Positions 56,126 to 64,000 of a stretch of DNA of 64,000 bases are shown piece after piece (position 1 is the first letter of the stretch; every line of letters begins with the position of its first letter). The DNA comes from Phoronis australis. Lineage: Eukaryota; Animalia; Phoronida. The stretch is taken from assembly GCA_002633005.1 (NCBI GenBank), contig NMRA01000044.1, positions 462,594-526,593 of the forward strand. Direction: 5' to 3'. The notes below the pieces were generated by a model, which ran no database searches, was not told where the DNA came from, and saw nothing but the letters and a program-made list of their open reading frames with translations. The translations under genes were made by a program, and so were the position numbers.

Positions 56126-59100
56126 GTAAGTCATTTGAGTATGTAGATAGACTCTGCGTTGTGAAATAGTTCAATGACCGCATTGCTGTTGGGAAATTAA
56201 GATGTGTGCGGTTTAGTAGTGGCATGTAAGAAGACTCTGATAGGCAAGATTACGAGTGTTCTCTCCCAAGTAGTGCATTGGGATGTAGCTCTGCACAGTG
56301 AAAATTTAGACTCGAAGCGTTGGAATCCATAAGATGGGTGCCCAAAACATTACCAAGTGATCAGAAAATTTACCCTGAGACAATAGTTTGGCTCACCTCT
56401 CACTTCTCTCCTTTAACCATTTAATACAATATCAAGTGATGAAAAGCTTTACACGGCCCTACTAACCCTTCCAANCGTGCGAGGATCCTAAGGGTATGAA
56501 GTAATTGACCTCTCCTGCTCGGTCACTTTTGATTTCCTTACTCAATAAAGCTACCTAAAATTCCCTTCCTGTGGTCTGGAACCCCAAGCTTTGTGTTTGT
56601 CTCTCTTAATGTATTGAGATTGCTGATTTAAATTTCATTGTAACCCATTGCTTGACATTTGTGTATAACACCTGTTAGAGGGTGTAATTTGACGGCCCAA
56701 ATTGAAAAGGCCTTCTTTAACATTTGTAATTTCGTTCATGTTTACAATTTGAATGAATGAATTAAATAATTTTTACAGTAAACAACATAGAAACAAAACA
56801 AAACTAAGAGCACTATGTCTAAAATCATGTAACGTAGCATTGCAGAGATATTTCTGAGGCAGTTGTAGGTAGTTAATAATCATTAACTTTATTAACCTCG
56901 TGTTTACTTTTCACTTAACAATGCTTGGCTATGGCAGTATCACCTTGAACCACTTAGGATAGGATTCGATCCCATTAAAGGATTTGTAAACCCTTTAATT
57001 ACGTTAAAACTTAATTGGCTACATTTGTTGGTGAGGATTGAATTTCTTAAATAACTTTAAGTATTAGTAGTTCCCTAGACCCACAAAAATTGTATTTTGA
57101 AAATCCTTGGTGACCATCAAATCTTATGTGCACTGTAGCGTTGACTGCGTTCTTTCTCAAAAATCATGACTTTCAAGGATTTTTCGTCAATATGAATTTT
57201 TTCGCTCGAAATTTGGAAGTTCTATCATGTTATTGTGTTAGCTACAAAAGCTTGCCTTGGATTTCGTTTTCTAGCCAGTAGAATAAAGAATTCAAAGAAA
57301 ATTTGTAAGTTTCATCCAAAAATAATTCTTCTGTGGAAATTACAGCAATCTGTGATTTTGTAGAAGAAATGAAAACACAGTCACATGATTACAAGCATCT
57401 GGTTTTATTTTTGTGCATATAGTACTATTCTGTGGTCTGCAATTAAATCTTAAACAATTATCTAAGAAATGTGATCCTTGTGAAAGATGATAGCCAATTA
57501 ATATGTGTTTTAAACACCAGATTTCTCAAACATGTCTCATACTGTAACAGTGTTATGAATCTTCTGTGCATGAGATATTTAGCTGGTCTTAATCTTTTTG
57601 CTTGGATTGTTTTCAGTTGTGAAAGCTATTGAACTCAGAACATGATTGTACAGTTGTGTGATAAATGTATGTCTCTTTGGGCCACAACTAAAGTTGGACA
57701 CCAGTTCTTACTGCCTTTATGGCATACCAATATGAAAAACAGTGATACATAATAGTGAAATAAAAAGTACTGCACGTCTGGGTGGCGGGTGCCTGAATCG
57801 AGACATTAGAAACTGAAACTGTGACTGATGTAATATTTTCATCTTTTGTTTTCTTTTTTTCAAATTTAGTTGAGCTTAAGTTTACAATTTGGTGCCATAA
57901 CTTTTCTTTTGTTGTGATCATTGCCTCATTTTGCCAGATGGTGAGCCAACGTGTATTATGAAATTGTGCTTTTGTCATAAATAACCATGGTAATTTAAAA
58001 AACAGTTTGAGGTTGAGTTTCATGTTATTGTGATGTGCACATAATAATCACAGGCAGATTCACGTTTTATGACACTCGAGGCTTTTTCATGGAAATGAGA
58101 AAAGGCTCAGTTTTCAATAGCACCTTATAAACACTTTGGTTTCAGGGAACAGTGTTTCAGAAATTGTTTAACCTGACAAGCCTTTGCTGAGGTATTTTTC
58201 AAATTAAGCTAAATTTGGACATTTTCCAAAGTTATTAATAACCTAAAATGCAGCTAATCTACACATGACGTGTTATCTTGTGAACCCTTGGATATTTTTG
58301 TTATTAGCTGTAATTATCAAAGCTTCTTGTTTTATCCTGATCAAATGCTTTCTTTGAGACTTCACACATGCTAGTATTTTATCAAAATAATCTTCTCCAC
58401 TGTCTGCGCAGGTCAAACAATTTACAGCTAATGAACCTACAAAGGCGATTCAGATGTGCTTATTATAGCTCAGCCGAGTGTTAGAGTGCTCTAGCAAAAC
58501 TGGCGTAGAGTTTTTTATCTGTTTCATTTGCTGTTGCAAGCAGTACTTTCTTAAATACCAAAATAAACTTATGAAGAGGATTCTGCTGAAGAAATCTTCA
58601 TATTGTGTGCATGCACTCAAGACATAAATGTCTGGTATTGTAATCCATTCATTAATATTGTTTAAAATTTTCTTTAAAATTTCAAGTTGCTGTAAATCAA
58701 CCCTTGCATCAGAAATCATAACTTTTGATTTAGACCACTAAATGTTGGTCACAACTTGTTCTTTACTCAGATTACAAGTGATTTCAGGGTTAGATAAGAA
58801 CCGAGAGCTCATTTTTACTTGAGACTATGTGACCTCCATAATTTCCCATGTCTTGAAATCATCGTTCTTCATTTGTAGAGTTAGAAAAACTCCTTGTATG
58901 GTTCCCCCTAGTTTTCGAAATGTAGGACAGCTGAGGCAAGTCGTACCGAAGTGAAGAAATTTTTATCCTGTCTCACTCATCTTTTCGATTTTTGTATGTC
59001 TTCATTGAATGCACTTTCGAAAAGGACGAAACTATAGACAACTTTTATATCAACTTATTAGCTTCTTGCAGTAGTATGATAATGCCGTGTGTACACTGTG

Positions 59101-62100
59101 ATGAAGTCTTACACAATTTATGTTTACTATCCACTGAATATTATTGTAATGTGCTGAAGCTGAATGGGAAAGACATGTTGAAAAGATGTGGGGTGAACTC
59201 TAGGATCATTCAATAATTTTCCCCCGTGGCATTAGGCATACTGAGAGCTGGCTGCTCTTGTCATTAAGTAATTGGTTATCTTTGCTAAGACCAATTTTCT
59301 GTCTGCCACATGTGTACAGTTACCTCCGATTTGACGGATCAGTGAATCAATAATACTCTTGTGGGAATGTCCACTGTTGACTGGAATTCTTGCTGGTAAT
59401 TTATAATTAGCAACTATTAACCCTGTGTTTATAATCAATTTGCTGTACAGTTTATGTAAAATTACCAGCAGCTATAAATGTTTCTAACCAGTTTGGATTA
59501 CAATAATCACTTACCAAATTGCCTGGAATTTTATGACTAGCTTCTTTTGTTTGGAGATTAAGTATCAAAGATGTGTATCAGTGGTATTCACTCCTTGTTG
59601 AAGACAATATTCTTACTTTGTCCATTTTAGATACTGCTCCATCATTGAAAATTGAACCTTCTCATTGTTTGAATGGCAAAAATCTGAGAACTATGACCCA
59701 AGAAAAGCACATTGTAAGTGCTGTTCCTTTGTTGATGTGCCCCAACCTCTATTGTGTTACCTGTCTGAGCAAGGTAATGGGGTGACTTGACTTGTGTACA
59801 ACCCTGCTTATCACAGTGGTCATAATGCCCTCAAAGAATACAGTCTGTGAATTTTTAATGCCGTTTTAGTACATCATGAAAATTCAAACTGCATGACAAG
59901 TAGTAGTCTGGCAGTGTTTGAGTCTGGTGAAGATATACATTATCTGGTTGTTGATTGGTCAATCAAAGATGAGGTCAGCCATACAGGAAAAATAGTTTAT
60001 GTATTGACTTGAGTTGTCGCTATATCCAAGTTAACCAAATATGAAATTCCAGGTACATATTTTTAAGACTGGAATAACTTAAAGACCCCACATAACGGCC
60101 TAATGACGTTTGAACATGTTAAATATATGTATCATTGATGGACACAAACATATCATCCCTTCCTTAACTCCTGACATTAGATAATTACGCCAATTGCTAT
60201 CGTACGACCCCATCAGGAACCCCATTTAGCGCCAAAAAATGAAATTTAGGTGGCGCTCGTTCTAATCGACACAAATGACATCATCGTTGTGACCCAAGAC
60301 GTTTCGTACCGTCTGTTGCCACAGGAAACTTACCTTACGGTGACGGGTGCATATTTCAAACCACAGATTTTCAAAATTACATCTGTTAGAGACAACAAAG
60401 TTCAAATACTATACGACACTTATCGTGACATTTCCACGTGCATGTAATATCCTACAAGTCACTGTGCCTTGATAGTCTAGCATTGCTGAAGTCAGGAGCG
60501 TGTTCTCGATGGGGACCACTTACTCAGTCTAACATCAAATGCTGAGGGCCCCCATGGAAAGCAGTGTGAACTGATGGGGCTACCCTCATTGTAAATATTA
60601 CATTAACAAATAATAAAATAAATAAATATTCACAAAGACGTCGGGGTCTAATTAAAGTACAGGGTCCTGCGTGCATTGGGTGACCGGTTGGCAATGAATG
60701 GAGATTCGTCGGACCCACGGTGACATCCTGACGGAATGCGTGTACCAGAGAACTAATTTGTTTATAGTCGCTCCGTGATAATTACGGTATTATGTCGGGG
60801 AGTAAGTCGGTGTTACACATCTTATGAAGTGAAAGGCTCATGTGCAGGATGATAAAAAAGAATGACCCGAGACTTTTCGCACTTGGGGTCAGAAAAGCAT
60901 AATACCTTGCCATGGATGGACGTTACAGCGCAAGAGTTCAATGAAATGTACGGCGAAATGGAAGATTAAGGAAATGTTGAAACAACGTTTGGATGTATTA
61001 GCGCCGTATATGTTCGGACCAGAGGAATCCGAGTGAAGTGAAACAGAAGGGGGAAAACCGGGCACTTGTCACGGAACATGCTACGCACCGTCCAGAAGGC
61101 GATGTTCGTTGTTGGTGAGTAAAATGTATAATCAATCAACGAAATTGCTAATACGGTAGAATTCAAATTAATCCCATGTTATTTCTTGCTGTCGAAAATT
61201 GGGGAAAATTTTCCTGTGAATTTCCAAATACATTTATTTATTTTCACCAGGTTTCTTTTTTGGTTTCACCATGATTTCTTTGAAGAAAAATATAATTTTA
61301 TGAGCATACGCTGCGACATCGGCACATTCAAATTTTAAGTTGAAATTGTGTCGTAAGTCACCCGTGTTTAACTTGCCACCCAAATAGTATGCATCGGATT
61401 AGATTCTAACACAACAGTATAGGTCAAGTGGTCAACTTGCATTTTAAATGTCTGAGATCGATGCAAACAACAAGCCGTCGGGAAGGTCTGAGCTATTGAG
61501 GTACGGGCAAAATACCAAACAGAAAAACGACAGACAAACATAACGATTATGCTGCAACCTTGACATGACGAAATTCGTCATTTTTATCCCTATTATTCTT
61601 CATTTGAAGACAAAGGCAATTTACACAAGGTGTACAAAACTTAGCTAGCTGCACGCCGATTACTGAGACCTGCAGGAAAGTCTAGGTGGGAAGTTGAGGT
61701 GGGAACAAAATAATAAGAATAAAAAGATCAGACAAAGTTAGTGCTACGAATAGGTTGTCATATTTAAACTATTTTTCGATGTGAAAGACCAATTGCACAA
61801 GGCATTTTATACTTTGAAGTCAGGGAAATACGCCGTCCCCATCATAGCACATCCCATCAACATGCTGACTGCACACTTTTTTCAGTGCGTGCCTCCAAAG
61901 TGTACCCAAAGGTGTACTACCCGACATTCACACGCGGGGTTTGTAAGTACACCCTTTCGCGATGTTGATTTCAAAGAATGTGTCACAAGGCTAAAGTTGA
62001 ATCAGCGCTATCTAATGGTCACATGCATTCGTGTATATATAATCTCATGCGCTTATTCGAGCCAAGCCGGTGCAATATTTTATTTAGAACTGCCGCCGTT

Positions 62101-64000
62101 CTCTTTTGATGTGCGACTTGGGAGATGTGCACATCTAAGTTCCCATCACTGGAGTACGCGATACATTGGTTGCAACATGTGAGTGACAGATGACATACAA
62201 ATGTCGCGCGTGCTGTCCCAGAAACGAGGGCTTGAGAATTTCTTGATGAATTATGATTACTGTGATGCAAGACAAGTTGTGACCATCGTTCGGCAAGTAA
62301 CAGCTTAGGTTGTCATCTTCACGTGTTTTTTCGATAAAAATGAGACGTACATTCACACATAGGCAGTTAATTGACAACATTTCTGAGTCACAATCATATA
62401 AAATACTACCGACCAGTGCCGCGATGATTTATTGTCGGGGATATTGTTAGTGGATAATCAAGATATCTTACATGAAAAATAAATATTTTTTCCACCACAG
62501 AGTTCGGTAAGTTTGCCGTTGTCAGATTGTAGTACGAAATGTAGCTGTTGTGTGGCATTTTACATGGGTGCAAATGCTTTGAAAATTGGTTCATCATGGG
62601 TCGTAATTGAATCGATAGCGCCCTATCCGAGATCTATGCCGCTGTTCATTTCGAAGGGTGCTTTACCTGACATGGTTGCTTTGCATTATCAATCGACATT
62701 GATGCCTAACGTCGGCGATGTTTCTAATTGGTGACGTACCTTGAGCAAAACTTAATTTTTTACTGTCCCGGCAGCCGATCAGCTGCTCAGGTTGTGGTTA
62801 GTGAGGTAATGTGTTGCTCACAACAATGATGTCGATCGGCCAGTCTACTGTGACTCGTCCAGAGGATAAAAGGGGTTTCCGATGGGGGCACATAATATGG
62901 GGGGCATAAAATGTGTAGTAATTAGTTAGTGGCTGCGGGGAATAAAACGAAACAAAGATATGTTCCACAAAAGTACATGTATTGAACATATCTAAAAGGC
63001 AGTTGGCTCATTTTAACCTGTCTTTAAGACACAATCCAGCGCATATCTTGAACAGTGTGATCACCATGCCCTCTGCTGTTGGGGCAGCATATACCGTAAT
63101 GCATATTCAGAAAATTACAGAACACGAGGGAAATGAGACAATTTTGAAATGTTAAACTGGCAATAGAAATGAGGTCGTAGCTTAGTAAGTTGACAAATTT
63201 GCCCAAACGGCCTTATTGTCGAGATCTTCCCCAGACTGCTATGTTAAGAGAGTCTGGGTTCAAGACTAGGCTAATAGTATTTAAAAAAAATACAATTGAG
63301 GAATCTATCTTGCAGTGGATCTGTGAATTCACTTGGTCCTTGAAGTGGACTGCACTTCTAACAAGTTATTACGGTAAACTATCCCCAATAAATCAAGCAT
63401 GGAAAACCATTGCTGTGATATCTTTTCTGGAAATATGTGAATGCAAGATTTCGCTTGTCCGCCATATTGTGTCTTCATGACAAATCCAGTACAGGTAAAA
63501 ATTGACCATGGGATGATGATCATCACAAGGTTGGAGTTTACCGTACTAATGGGAACACAATAGCCCACTGACAGTCCTTCTTCTAAAGGCCCCTTCAAAC
63601 TGACTTAACTCCGTGTGAGCAGAGCGTCGATGTAGACCGTGAAGTTATCGGAACTGTTCATACCGGCTTCGGTAGTTAACATATATTGAAGCAAACGGCA
63701 TGTGTCATCGAAGTAATCTCAAGGTAACACTGGGTCATGTTAATTGGTGAGCTTTTACCGTATTAAGTATGTGTAGGTATGTTACATGCCTTTCTAGTCG
63801 CTCTAGTTTTTGTGCCGATGTTCAATTTTTCTTTATTTTACTCTTGCACTTTCATAATGTGGTACGTATTAGGGTGTTATTTTACAGCAGAAAACTGCTA
63901 CAGTTTCTTACTAGAAATAAAACAAGTTATCTTTTGGACTATTATGAGCTCTAGAAGGATAGTACATTAAAATCAAATTGTAGTAGAACATTTTGTTGAC

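Noticed and set aside
56126-64000. PDZD8 coding exon 4 (continuation of the SMP domain)
   Set aside because: I found no phase-0 exon with SMP-like sequence; it probably lies beyond the window, although I could have missed it.

Overview
Eukaryotic (invertebrate animal-like, AT-rich, intron-rich, GT-AG) genomic DNA, so most ORF-track entries are noise or exon fragments. Three spliced genes were reconstructed by hand with phase-compatible junctions. (1) An FNDC3 (FNDC3A/B-type) gene on +: 20 coding exons from 8297 to 37174 (3150 nt, 1049 aa plus stop), with a Pro/His-rich N-region, nine FN3 repeats and a C-terminal TM anchor; its true N-terminus lies upstream of the window. (2) A complete COMMD8 gene on -: 5 exons, 46072 to 39590, 184 aa, tail-to-tail with FNDC3. 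(3) The first three coding exons of PDZD8 on + (ATG 46802), head-to-head with COMMD8 across only 729 bp. Introns hold many non-autonomous DNA transposons: pogo-like, Kolobok-like, Harbinger-like, Sola-like, and a dead Tc1 with a nested Harbinger MITE. There are also tRNA-derived SINE heads and a 570-N gap. I found no new multi-gene system. The best leads are a candidate 6-nt (or 3-nt) in-frame microexon in FNDC3, a dispersed ~150-bp tandem unit carrying one CTCF-like motif per unit, the COMMD8/PDZD8 bidirectional promoter, and a candidate poison/alternative exon in PDZD8.
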